From a phage, in the NCBI GenBank assembly GCA_036930585.1, contig GCA_036930585.1_3066.1: 64,000 nucleotides of DNA. One strand, 5' to 3'. Below, one piece after another: positions 40,290 through 49,245 of the stretch. The position numbers and the translations under genes are program-made. Each line of letters opens with the position of its first letter. Within the stretch, counting starts at the first letter, position 1. The notes under the pieces were generated by a model. That model saw nothing but the letters and a program-made list of their open reading frames with translations, was not told the DNA's origin and did not search any database.

Positions 40290-40457
40290 ACTATAGCAAA
40301 AGTTGCGTTTCATTTAATTGTTCTTCCGAACTTTCTGAAACTGGTAGTTCTTTAATGTAATTATAGCAAGGCCCAGGATGTACAGGACCTTTGTCTGTTT
40401 CAACAACCAATGCAGAATCGATTGGAGTTTTACAGACAACACAAATCTTATCTGACA
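40290..40457 (-). CDS. small Cys-containing hypothetical protein (55 aa), below track cutoff
   Basis: Hand-translated minus ORF MSDKICVVCKTPIDSALVVETDKGPVHPGPCYNYIKELPVSESSEEQLNETQLLL; fills gap between uvsW.1 and uvsY region. Confidence 0.45.
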
Positions 40458-40486
40458 TGATTGTCTCCTCTGAATTATATATCTAT

Positions 40487-40711
40487 TTATACAACTCTCA
40501 TATGCATATCAATGCCCATATCTTTAGAATAAAAATATTCATCAAGATATCCGGCAAATTTTCCTTTAATATAAAGAACATCTTCACCGCACGGGTGGTC
40601 GGCCAGGATACGAATATCCTGACGCTTAAGATTATGCTTTTTCATTAAGAATTGAATTTCCGTTTCAAATTCTTCTTCATAATTAAAAGCATCATCAATG
40701 TTATATCTCAT
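40487..40711 (-). CDS. hypothetical protein (74 aa) adjacent to uvsY
   Basis: ORF track; start overlaps uvsY stop. Confidence 0.55.
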   Translation of the reverse strand: MRYNIDDAFNYEEEFETEIQFLMKKHNLKRQDIRILADHPCGEDVLYIKGKFAGYLDEYFYSKDMGIDMHMRVV

Positions 40712-41124
40712 TATTTTCCAGCCTCAAATGCCCGCATGTCTTGAATATGCTTAATAGCAAATCCGCGTGATTTAATAGCATCAAGAGCTCCGCTACAGAA
40801 ATCCAATAAAATCCCCCAATACTGCAACGAGGTATCAACCTTTAAAACATCCTTATCAGCTGATAGAACTGTCTTCATTTCTGATTTCTCGTAACGATCC
40901 ATACTAAATTCATCACCATCTCCTCGTCCCGAGTAGTAGTCTAATTTAGCTTTAAGAGCAACTTTTTTCTGTGCATCAATTCTAAGCATTTCCTTTTTAA
41001 TACTTGAATGCTTATTAAGCCATTTACTATATAACATCACATTATTAGCTGCTTCATACTGTAATTTAGTCGAATCTATAAATACATCTTTCTTCAATTC
41101 TTCTTGAAGATCTTCTAATCTCAT
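40711..41124 (-). CDS. uvsY: UvsY recombination mediator
   Basis: 137 aa, same as T4; MRLEDLQEELKKDVFIDSTKLQYEAANN. Confidence 0.9.
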   Translation of the reverse strand: MRLEDLQEELKKDVFIDSTKLQYEAANNVMLYSKWLNKHSSIKKEMLRIDAQKKVALKAKLDYYSGRGDGDEFSMDRYEKSEMKTVLSADKDVLKVDTSLQYWGILLDFCSGALDAIKSRGFAIKHIQDMRAFEAGK

Positions 41125-41159
41125 ATTGTTCTCTATTCAATTGTTATTGGATGGACTTA

Positions 41160-41195
41160 GATTCATTATACCACGTTTATACGTGAAGCATTATA
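41160..41195 (-). promoter_or_regulatory. candidate MotA-dependent middle promoter for uvsY
   Basis: minus strand aatGCTTCA then 13 nt then TATAAT (plus tgaagca 41184-41190, attata 41165-41170). Confidence 0.45.
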
Positions 41196-41589
41196 CTCTA
41201 TTACTGGAAGCCAGTTGTAGTTTTATCTGCTCAATATCATCAGGGTTATCGATGACTGAAAAGCGTATTTCTACTATCAAAGTATAATCATCATAAACCG
41301 GCATTACATTAACTGCTAATTTATCAATACGTGGCTCATAGTTTCTTACTGCGCTTTCGATATTACGCTCAACCGTGTCAGCAGTAAGAGGAGTCATATT
41401 CTCAAAAAGTTGGTCAGATAAATCGCATCCAAATTCAGGGTCAAACGGTCTTGAACCTTTTCTTGTTGTAATAATTCCTAAAAGACTATTTTTAATTGAC
41501 CTTAATCCAAGTGATCTTGAAACGTCTTTGTTCCAATCCATTTTCATCTCTGGGTCAATATCAGAATAAAGCTTATTAATATTTGCCAT
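41191..41589 (-). CDS. 25: baseplate wedge protein gp25
   Basis: 132 aa, same as T4. Confidence 0.88.
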   Translation of the reverse strand: MANINKLYSDIDPEMKMDWNKDVSRSLGLRSIKNSLLGIITTRKGSRPFDPEFGCDLSDQLFENMTPLTADTVERNIESAVRNYEPRIDKLAVNVMPVYDDYTLIVEIRFSVIDNPDDIEQIKLQLASSNRV

Positions 41590-42215
41590 TACAATAGCTC
41601 AAAGAATTCTTTGAGTCCTCTTATTACATGAGCGTGAGTTTTTCCACACTCTGGACACTTAATTGGAACAGCCAAATAAACAGTAGGCTTTAAAAGCATA
41701 TCTTTTATAGCTACAATATCTGACTCTGTGATGATAGAATATAAATCTTCCAATTCTTTTTCATTTAAGTCTTCAACTGGAATGCTTTCACCGTTAGCAT
41801 GAATCGTTTCTATACATGATACTATCATGTGGGCTATATTTTTATCATCAAAAATTTTAGGGTAATGGAATTTAATTTTAATGTCACCCAGTGTATACCA
41901 GAGGTCTTCTGGTGCATCTATTTGTGTATGTAATAGATTTATATGGGTTGGTATTTCAGTTCCACAGGTGCACTTCCAGGAGTTTTCGTGATTAACTTCT
42001 CCAAGAGAATGCGCCCATAAATGAATCAGCAGTAGTTCTGATTCTTGGCGGTTTAAATCTTTTGCATTTGTACAGTCTTTGATTAGCTTTTTAACAATCT
42101 CTTCTACTGAACCATTCTTTTTAGCAGTAATAAGTTCTAGATATTCTTTAAGAGTAAATGCGCGACAGTTGATTATTTTAGAACCAACTCTCACATCAAA
42201 TTTGTATTCATACAT
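41589..42215 (-). CDS. 26: baseplate hub protein gp26
   Basis: 208 aa, same as T4. Confidence 0.85.
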   Translation of the reverse strand: MYEYKFDVRVGSKIINCRAFTLKEYLELITAKKNGSVEEIVKKLIKDCTNAKDLNRQESELLLIHLWAHSLGEVNHENSWKCTCGTEIPTHINLLHTQIDAPEDLWYTLGDIKIKFHYPKIFDDKNIAHMIVSCIETIHANGESIPVEDLNEKELEDLYSIITESDIVAIKDMLLKPTVYLAVPIKCPECGKTHAHVIRGLKEFFELL

Positions 42216-42232
42216 ATTTAGCTCCTTTATTT

Positions 42233-42248
42233 ATCATATTTATAAATA
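42233..42248. promoter_or_regulatory. overlapping divergent late promoters for gene 26 (-) and gene 51 (+)
   Basis: tatttata 42233-42240 and tataaata 42241-42248. Confidence 0.5.
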
Positions 42249-42265
42249 GAATAAAAGGAGCATCT

Positions 42266-43015
42266 ATGGCAAACATTATTCGTTGTAAATTACCAGATGG
42301 TGTTCATCGTTTTAAACCATTTACGGTAGAAGATTATCGAGATTTTTTGTTAGTTCGAAACGATATAGAACATCGGTCACCACAAGAACAAAAAGAAATA
42401 ATTGCTGATTTAATTGCCGATTATTTTGGAGACTATCCGAAGACTTGGCAACCATTTATATTTTTGCAGGTATTTGTAGGGTCAATAGGTAAAACTAAAG
42501 TACCGGTCACATTTGTGTGTCCAAAATGTAAAAAAGAAAAAACAGTTCCATTTGAAATATATCAAAAAGAATTAAAGGAACCTGTTTTTGATGTAGCTAA
42601 TGTTAAAATTAAATTAAAGTTTCCTTCTGAGTTTTATGAAAATAAAGCAAAGATGATTACTGAAAATATTCATTCTGTTCAAGTAGATGAAATGTGGTAT
42701 GATTGGAAGGAAATTAGTGAATCGAGTCAAATAGAACTTGTTGACGCCATCGAGATAGAAACATTAGAAAAAATTCTCGATGCAATGAATTCTATTAATT
42801 TAACTCTACATATGTCATGCTGTAATAAGTACATTAAAAAATACACTGATATAGTAGATGTGTTTAAGCTATTAGTTAATCCAGATGAGATATTTACTTT
42901 TTATCAAATTAATCACACGCTTGTAAAAAGTAATTATAGCTTAAATTCAATAATGAAAATGATTCCTGCCGAGCGCGGATTCGTATTAAAACTGATTGAG
43001 AAGGATAAACAATAA
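42266..43015 (+). CDS. 51: baseplate hub assembly catalyst gp51
   Basis: 249 aa, same as T4. Confidence 0.85.
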   Translation: MANIIRCKLPDGVHRFKPFTVEDYRDFLLVRNDIEHRSPQEQKEIIADLIADYFGDYPKTWQPFIFLQVFVGSIGKTKVPVTFVCPKCKKEKTVPFEIYQKELKEPVFDVANVKIKLKFPSEFYENKAKMITENIHSVQVDEMWYDWKEISESSQIELVDAIEIETLEKILDAMNSINLTLHMSCCNKYIKKYTDIVDVFKLLVNPDEIFTFYQINHTLVKSNYSLNSIMKMIPAERGFVLKLIEKDKQ

Positions 43016-44190
43016 TGAGTATGTTGCAACGCCCCGGATATCCAAATCTCAGCGTTAAATTATTTGAGAGTTATGACGCTTGGAGTAATAATAGATTTGT
43101 TGAATTAGCTGCTACTATTACCACATTAACTATGCGTGACTCTCTTTATGGTCGAAATGAAGGAATGCTACAATTTTATGATTCTAAAAACATTCATACA
43201 AAAATGGATGGAAATGAAATAATTCAGATTTCTGTAGCTAATGCAAACGATATTAATAATGTTAAAACACGAATTTATGGATGCAAGCATTTTTCCGTGT
43301 CAGTAGATTCAAAAGGCGATAACATCATTGCTATTGAATTGGGAACTATTCATTCTATAGAAAATCTTAAATTTGGTAGACCATTTTTCCCTGATGCAGG
43401 TGAATCTATAAAAGAAATGCTTGGTGTCATTTATCAGGATCGCACGTTATTAACTCCAGCAATAAATGCTATAAATGCTTATGTTCCTGATATTCCATGG
43501 ACTAGTACATTTGAAAATTATTTGTCCTATGTAAGAGAAGTTGCTCTAGCTGTAGGAAGTGACAAATTTGTATTTGTATGGCAAGACATCATGGGAGTTA
43601 ACATGATGGACTATGATATGATGATAAATCAAGAACCGTATCCAATGATTGTCGGTGAGCCATCTTTAATAGGTCAATTCATCCAAGAATTAAAATATCC
43701 ATTAGCATATGATTTCGTTTGGTTGACTAAATCAAACCCGCATAAACGTGATCCAATGAAAAATGCTACTATCTATGCTCATTCATTTTTAGATTCTTCA
43801 TTGCCAATGATTACTACAGGAAAGGGCGAAAACTCTATTGTAGTGTCAAGGTCAGGTGCTTATTCTGAAATGACTTATAGGAATGGCTATGAAGAAGCTA
43901 TTCGTCTTCAAACTATGGCACAATACGATGGCTATGCTAAATGTTCTACTGTCGGTAATTTTAACTTGACTCCTGGCGTTAAAATTATTTTTAATGATAG
44001 TAAAAACCAATTTAAAACAGAATTTTACGTTGATGAAGTTATCCATGAATTATCCAATAATAATTCAGTAACTCATCTATATATGTTCACTAATGCAACG
44101 AAACTGGAAACAATAGACCCAGTTAAGGTTAAAAATGAATTTAAATCTGATACTACCACTGAAGAAAGTAGTTCTTCCAATAAGCAATAA
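43015..44190 (+). CDS. 27: baseplate hub protein gp27
   Basis: 391 aa, same as T4. Confidence 0.9.
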   Translation: MSMLQRPGYPNLSVKLFESYDAWSNNRFVELAATITTLTMRDSLYGRNEGMLQFYDSKNIHTKMDGNEIIQISVANANDINNVKTRIYGCKHFSVSVDSKGDNIIAIELGTIHSIENLKFGRPFFPDAGESIKEMLGVIYQDRTLLTPAINAINAYVPDIPWTSTFENYLSYVREVALAVGSDKFVFVWQDIMGVNMMDYDMMINQEPYPMIVGEPSLIGQFIQELKYPLAYDFVWLTKSNPHKRDPMKNATIYAHSFLDSSLPMITTGKGENSIVVSRSGAYSEMTYRNGYEEAIRLQTMAQYDGYAKCSTVGNFNLTPGVKIIFNDSKNQFKTEFYVDEVIHELSNNNSVTHLYMFTNATKLETIDPVKVKNEFKSDTTTEESSSSNKQ

Positions 44191-44668
44191 AGAAGTTTCT
44201 ATTCCTAAAATGGGTCTTAAACATTATAACATTTTAAAAGATGTTAAAGGTCCTGATGAAAATTTAAAACTTCTTATTGATTCTATTTGCCCGAATTTAT
44301 CACCGGCAGAAGTTGATTTCGTTTCCATTCATTTATTGGAATTTAATGGAAAGATTAAATCTCGTAAAGAAATAGATGGTTATACTTATGACATTAATGA
44401 TGTTTATGTATGCCAAAGATTAGAATTTCAATACCAAGGAAATACATTTTATTTTAGACCGCCTGGAAAATTTGAACAATTTTTAACGGTGAGCGATATG
44501 TTATCCAAATGCTTGCTTAAGGTCAATGATGAAGTTAAAGAAATTAATTTTCTTGAGATGCCAGCATTCGTTTTAAAATGGGCAAATGATATTTTTACAA
44601 CTTTAGCAATTCCTGGCCCTAATGGTCCAATAACTGGAATTGGTAATATTATTGGATTATTTGAATGA
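44135..44668 (+). CDS. 28: baseplate hub distal protein gp28
   Basis: 177 aa, same as T4; overlaps end of gene 27. Confidence 0.8.
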   Translation: MNLNLILPLKKVVLPISNKEVSIPKMGLKHYNILKDVKGPDENLKLLIDSICPNLSPAEVDFVSIHLLEFNGKIKSRKEIDGYTYDINDVYVCQRLEFQYQGNTFYFRPPGKFEQFLTVSDMLSKCLLKVNDEVKEINFLEMPAFVLKWANDIFTTLAIPGPNGPITGIGNIIGLFE

Positions 44669-46437
44669 AAAAGCCACAAGAAATGCAAACGATGCGTAGA
44701 AAAGTTATTTCAGATAATAAACCAACACAGGAAGCGGCTAAATCCGCTTCCAACACTTTATCTGGGCTTAACGATATATCTACGAAATTGGATGATGCTC
44801 AAGCTGCTTCTGAATTAATTGCTCAAACTGTCGAAGAAAAATCGAATGAAATAATTGGAGCAATTGACAATGTAGAAAGCGCAGTGAGTGATACTACTGC
44901 TGGTTCTGAGTTAATTGCTGAAACTGTTGAAATTGGCAACAATATTAATAAAGAAATCGGTGAATCACTCGGGAGCAAATTAGATAAATTAACAAGTTTA
45001 CTAGAGCAAAAAATCCAGACAGCTGGAATTCAACAGACTGGAACTAGTTTAGCCACGGTTGAAAGCGCTATTCCTGTTAAAGTTGTTGAGGACGATACAG
45101 CTGAATCTGTTGGTCCTTTATTACCGGCTCCTGAAGCAGTTAATAATGATCCTGATGCTGATTTTTTCCCTACCCCTCAGCCAGTTGAACCTAAACAAGA
45201 ATCGCCAGAAGAAAAACAGAAAAAAGATGCATTTAACTTAAAATTATCTCAAGCTTTAGATAAATTAACAAAGACTGTTGATTTCGGATTTAAGAAATCT
45301 ATTTCAATTACTGATAAAATATCAAGCATGCTATTTAAGTATACAGTCAGTGCTGCTATTGAAGCTGCTAAAATGACTGCAATGATATTGGCTGTTGTTG
45401 TCGGAATAGACCTGCTGATGGTTCATTTTAAATACTGGTCAGATAAATTTTCACAGGCTTGGGATTTGTTTAGTACAGACTTTACTAAATTCTCTAGCGA
45501 AACCGGAACATGGGGCCCTTTATTACAGAGCATCTTTAGTTCTATTGATGAAATTAAAAAATTCTGGGAAGCGGGAGATTGGGGCGGTTTGACGGTAGCT
45601 ATTGTAGAAGGGCTTGGAAAGGTTCTTTATAATTTAGGAGAGCTTATTCAATTAGGTATGGCTAAATTATCTGCAGCAATTCTTCGAGTCATTCCTGGCA
45701 TGAAGGATACTGCTGATGAAGTAGAAGGAAGAGCATTAGAAAATTTCCAAAATTCTACTGGAGCATCTCTTAATAAAGAAGACCAAGAAAAAGTAGCAAA
45801 TTATCAAGATAAACGAATGAATGATGATCTTGGCCCAATAGCAAAAGGATTAGACAAAATTGCGAACTGGAAAACTCGTGCATCTAACTGGATTCGTGGT
45901 GTAGATAATAAAGAAGCACTAACTACCGACGAAGAGCGTGCGGCAGAAGAAGAAAAATTAAAGCAACTTTCACCGGAAGAAAGAAAAAATGCTTTAATGA
46001 AGGCTAATGAAGCTCGTGCTGCGATGATTCGTTTTGAAAAATATGCCGATTCAGCTGATATGAGTAAAGACTCAACGGTTAAATCAGTTGAAGCTGCCTA
46101 TGAAGACCTTAAAAAACGGATGGATGACCCGGATTTAAATAATTCACCGGCAGTTAAAAAAGAACTTGCTGCTAGATTTTCTAAAATTGATGCTACTTAT
46201 CAAGAGCTCAAGAAAAATCAGCCTAATGCCAAACCTGAAACTTCTGCTAAATCACCAGAAGCAAAACAAGTCCAGGTAATAGAAAAGAATAAAGCACAGC
46301 AAGCTCCTGTTCAACAAGCATCTCCTTCGATCAATAATACTAATAATGTTATTAAGAAAAATACTGTCGTTCATAATATGACACCCGTAACGAGCACGAC
46401 TGCTCCTGGTGTATTTGATGCGACTGGAGTTAATTAA
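44665..46437 (+). CDS. 29: baseplate hub / tail length determinator gp29
   Basis: 590 aa, same as T4. Confidence 0.9.
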   Translation: MKKPQEMQTMRRKVISDNKPTQEAAKSASNTLSGLNDISTKLDDAQAASELIAQTVEEKSNEIIGAIDNVESAVSDTTAGSELIAETVEIGNNINKEIGESLGSKLDKLTSLLEQKIQTAGIQQTGTSLATVESAIPVKVVEDDTAESVGPLLPAPEAVNNDPDADFFPTPQPVEPKQESPEEKQKKDAFNLKLSQALDKLTKTVDFGFKKSISITDKISSMLFKYTVSAAIEAAKMTAMILAVVVGIDLLMVHFKYWSDKFSQAWDLFSTDFTKFSSETGTWGPLLQSIFSSIDEIKKFWEAGDWGGLTVAIVEGLGKVLYNLGELIQLGMAKLSAAILRVIPGMKDTADEVEGRALENFQNSTGASLNKEDQEKVANYQDKRMNDDLGPIAKGLDKIANWKTRASNWIRGVDNKEALTTDEERAAEEEKLKQLSPEERKNALMKANEARAAMIRFEKYADSADMSKDSTVKSVEAAYEDLKKRMDDPDLNNSPAVKKELAARFSKIDATYQELKKNQPNAKPETSAKSPEAKQVQVIEKNKAQQAPVQQASPSINNTNNVIKKNTVVHNMTPVTSTTAPGVFDATGVN

Positions 46438-46445
46438 GGAATAAT

Positions 46446-47540
46446 ATGGCAATTGTTAAAGAAATAACTGCTGATTTAATTAAAAAGTCCGGTGAGAAAA
46501 TTTCAGCCGGACAGAGTACTAAATCAGAAGTAGGAACTAAAACATACACAGCCCAGTTTCCAACTGGGCGTGCTAGTGGTAATGACACTATAGGGGACTT
46601 CCAGGTAACAGATCTATATAAGAATGGATTATTATTTACTGCATACAATATGTCATCTAGGGATTCTGGAAGTCTTAGAACGATGAGATCTAACTACTCT
46701 TCTTCATCTTCGAGTATTTTACGTACAGCCAGAAACACTATCAGTAATACAATATCAAAACTATCAAATGGACTAATATCAGATAATAATTCAGGAACAA
46801 TAAGTAAAGTTCCTGTTGCAAATATTCTTTTACCTAGATCTAAATCTGACGTCGATACGTCATCACATAGATTTAATGATGTTCAAGATAGTCTTATTAC
46901 AAGAGGTGGAGGTACTGCTACTGGTGTGCTAAGCAATATGGCTTCAACCGCAGTATTTGGAGCGCTGGAAAGTATAACACAAGGTATAATGGCTGATAAT
47001 AATGAACAGATTTATACGACAGCCAGAAGCATGTACGGCGGTGCTGAAAATAGAACTAAAGTGTTCACTTGGGATTTGACTCCGCGCTCAACAGAAGATT
47101 TAATGGCTATTATTAATATCTATCAGTATTTTAACTATTTTTCTTACGGTGAAACTAGTAAATCTCAATATGCTGCTGAAATAAAAGGATATTTAGATGA
47201 GTGGTACCGTTCTACTTTTATTGAGCCGTTAACTCCAGAAGATGCAGTTAAAAATAAGACGTTATTTGAGAAAATGACATCGAGTTTAACTAACGTTCTT
47301 GTAGTTTCAAACCCGACAATTTGGATGGTGAAAAACTTTGGTGCAACATCTAAGTTTGATGGAAAAACGGAAATATTCGGTCCATGTCAAATCCAGAGTA
47401 TCAGATTTGATAAAACACCTAATGGTAACTTTAACGGATTAGCTATTGCTCCAAATCTCCCTAGTACATTTACTCTCGAGATTACTATGAGAGAAATTAT
47501 CACGTTAAACCGTGCTTCTTTATATGCGGGGACTTTTTAA
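46446..47540 (+). CDS. 48: baseplate tail tube cap gp48
   Basis: 364 aa, same as T4. Confidence 0.88.
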   Translation: MAIVKEITADLIKKSGEKISAGQSTKSEVGTKTYTAQFPTGRASGNDTIGDFQVTDLYKNGLLFTAYNMSSRDSGSLRTMRSNYSSSSSSILRTARNTISNTISKLSNGLISDNNSGTISKVPVANILLPRSKSDVDTSSHRFNDVQDSLITRGGGTATGVLSNMASTAVFGALESITQGIMADNNEQIYTTARSMYGGAENRTKVFTWDLTPRSTEDLMAIINIYQYFNYFSYGETSKSQYAAEIKGYLDEWYRSTFIEPLTPEDAVKNKTLFEKMTSSLTNVLVVSNPTIWMVKNFGATSKFDGKTEIFGPCQIQSIRFDKTPNGNFNGLAIAPNLPSTFTLEITMREIITLNRASLYAGTF

Positions 47541-48505
47541 TGTATTCTTTAGAGGAATTTAATAATCAAGCAATAAACGCAGATTTCCAACGTAATAATA
47601 TGTTCAGCTGTGTTTTTGCTACAACTCCATCAACTAAAAGCTCTTCGTTGATAAGTTCAATTAGCAACTTTTCTTATAATAACTTGGGCCTAAATTCAGA
47701 TTGGTTAGGATTAACTCAAGGCGATATTAATCAGGGAATTACTACGCTAATTACAGCTGGCACACAAAAACTGATAAGAAAATCAGGGGTTAGTAAATAT
47801 CTTATTGGTGCCATGAGTCAACGTACAGTTCAAAGTTTATTAGGCTCATTTACAGTTGGTACATATTTAATTGACTTCTTTAACATGGCATATAACTCAT
47901 CTGGATTGATGATATACTCTGTAAAAATGCCAGAGAATAGATTATCCTATGAAACTGACTGGAACTATAATTCTCCTAATATTCGTATAACTGGGAGAGA
48001 ATTAGACCCTTTGGTTATTTCATTCAGAATGGATTCAGAAGCTTGTAACTATCGTGCAATGCAAGACTGGGTTAACGCTGTTCAAGACCCAGTAACTGGA
48101 TTGCGTGCTTTGCCGCAAGATGTCGAGGCAGATATTCAGGTTAATCTTCATTCTCGCAATGGATTACCACATACTGCGGTGATGTTCACTGGATGCATTC
48201 CAGTGTCCGTAAGCGCTCCTGAGTTATCATATGATGGAGATAACCAAATAACTACATTTGATGTTACTTTTGCGTATAGAGTGATGCAGGCTGGAGCAGT
48301 TGATAGACAAGCTGCGCTTGAATGGCTTGAATCTGCTGCTATAAATGGTATTCAAAGCGTTCTCGGAAATAGTGGAGGTGTTACTGGACTATCTAATTCG
48401 CTTTCACGACTCAGTAGATTAGGTGGAACTGCAGGAAGCATTTCAAACATTAATACTATGACAGGAATTGTCAATTCGCAAAGTAAAATATTAGGAGCAA
48501 TATAA
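47540..48505 (+). CDS. 54: baseplate tail tube initiator gp54
   Basis: 321 aa (T4 320). Confidence 0.88.
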   Translation: MYSLEEFNNQAINADFQRNNMFSCVFATTPSTKSSSLISSISNFSYNNLGLNSDWLGLTQGDINQGITTLITAGTQKLIRKSGVSKYLIGAMSQRTVQSLLGSFTVGTYLIDFFNMAYNSSGLMIYSVKMPENRLSYETDWNYNSPNIRITGRELDPLVISFRMDSEACNYRAMQDWVNAVQDPVTGLRALPQDVEADIQVNLHSRNGLPHTAVMFTGCIPVSVSAPELSYDGDNQITTFDVTFAYRVMQAGAVDRQAALEWLESAAINGIQSVLGNSGGVTGLSNSLSRLSRLGGTAGSISNINTMTGIVNSQSKILGAI

Positions 48506-48508
48506 CAA

Positions 48509-48540
48509 TGGGGACCTTTCGGTCCCCATATTTTTATTTA
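48509..48540. terminator. bidirectional terminator between gene 54 and the alt-side genes
   Basis: hairpin ggggacctttcggtcccc followed by atatttttattt. Confidence 0.6.
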
Positions 48541-48824
48541 CGGAATGAAATGAAAGCAGCAACTGAAGCAACTAAACTGTCTTCAATATAAACTTCAATT
48601 TTTACCGGAGCTTCTGACTCAAATTTACCTGTTACTACACCCTGAAAAATACTTTCAGTCTGTTCTGGCTTTGAAAAATTTTCAGAAGGAAAAATTCCAA
48701 ATTTTTTATCTGTTCCGAAAATTTTGATAAATTCATCATAAACTGCTTCATTAAAAGCGTTATCAGCAGGAATAACGCCTTCAACTACAAGTTCTTGACC
48801 TAAAAAGCGTAAAGAAGATTTCAT
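48534..48824 (-). CDS. hypothetical protein (96 aa), alt.-3 position
   Basis: ORF track; RBS GAGGAA; preceded by duplicated promoter element. Confidence 0.55.
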   Translation of the reverse strand: MKSSLRFLGQELVVEGVIPADNAFNEAVYDEFIKIFGTDKKFGIFPSENFSKPEQTESIFQGVVTGKFESEAPVKIEVYIEDSLVASVAAFISFRK

Positions 48825-48832
48825 TTTGTGTT

Positions 48833-48887
48833 CCTCATGTTATGTCAGTAAGACTACTATAACACAACACGAGGGACTTGTAAACTA
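48833..48887 (-). promoter_or_regulatory. early promoter within stem-loop; 53-bp element duplicated at 62881-62933
   Basis: minus strand GTTTAC (plus gtaaac 48881-48886), 17 nt, TATAGT; imperfect inverted repeat spanning the RBS. Confidence 0.5.
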
Positions 48888-49242
48888 CATTTTGAACTTT
48901 TTAGTACGCGTAATAGGCATGCGTCGATTTTATACTGTTTCATTGTTTGAAGAGCAGTATCAAAAACAGCATTAATGACACCAATTGGATTTCCACCCAA
49001 GTTTTTAAGCTTAACTAATGATAGTTTCTCATTAACACCTATCATTACGATATGCATCATTTTGTCGCCTGGTTTAACGTTTTATCTGTATCACCGCCAG
49101 AGGTGTATGTACAAAATCTAAATCCAGGAAGCACGCTTTCTTCGCCGGCTTGAATAGCAAAAATTTGTGGTATTTTATGCTTAGGATTTAAGTTAACAAC
49201 CGGCGCCGAAGCGCCGTCAAATAATTATGTAATAAGTTCCAT
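48857..49242 (-). pseudogene. decayed partial duplicate of the alt 5' region (alt.-1/alt.-2 position)
   Basis: MELIT then stop at 49242-49225 mirrors Alt MMELITELFD; in-frame 67-aa piece MMHIVMIGVNEKLSLVKLKNLGGNPIGVINAVFDTALQTMKQYKIDACLLRVLKS parallels Alt residues about 65-120. Confidence 0.6.
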
Positions 49243-49245
49243 GAT

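Noticed and set aside
44135-44190. 56-nt overlap of genes 27 and 28 as a possible frameshift or misassembly
   Set aside because: Both ORFs have the T4 lengths (391 and 177 aa) and intact frames; the overlap is most simply real.
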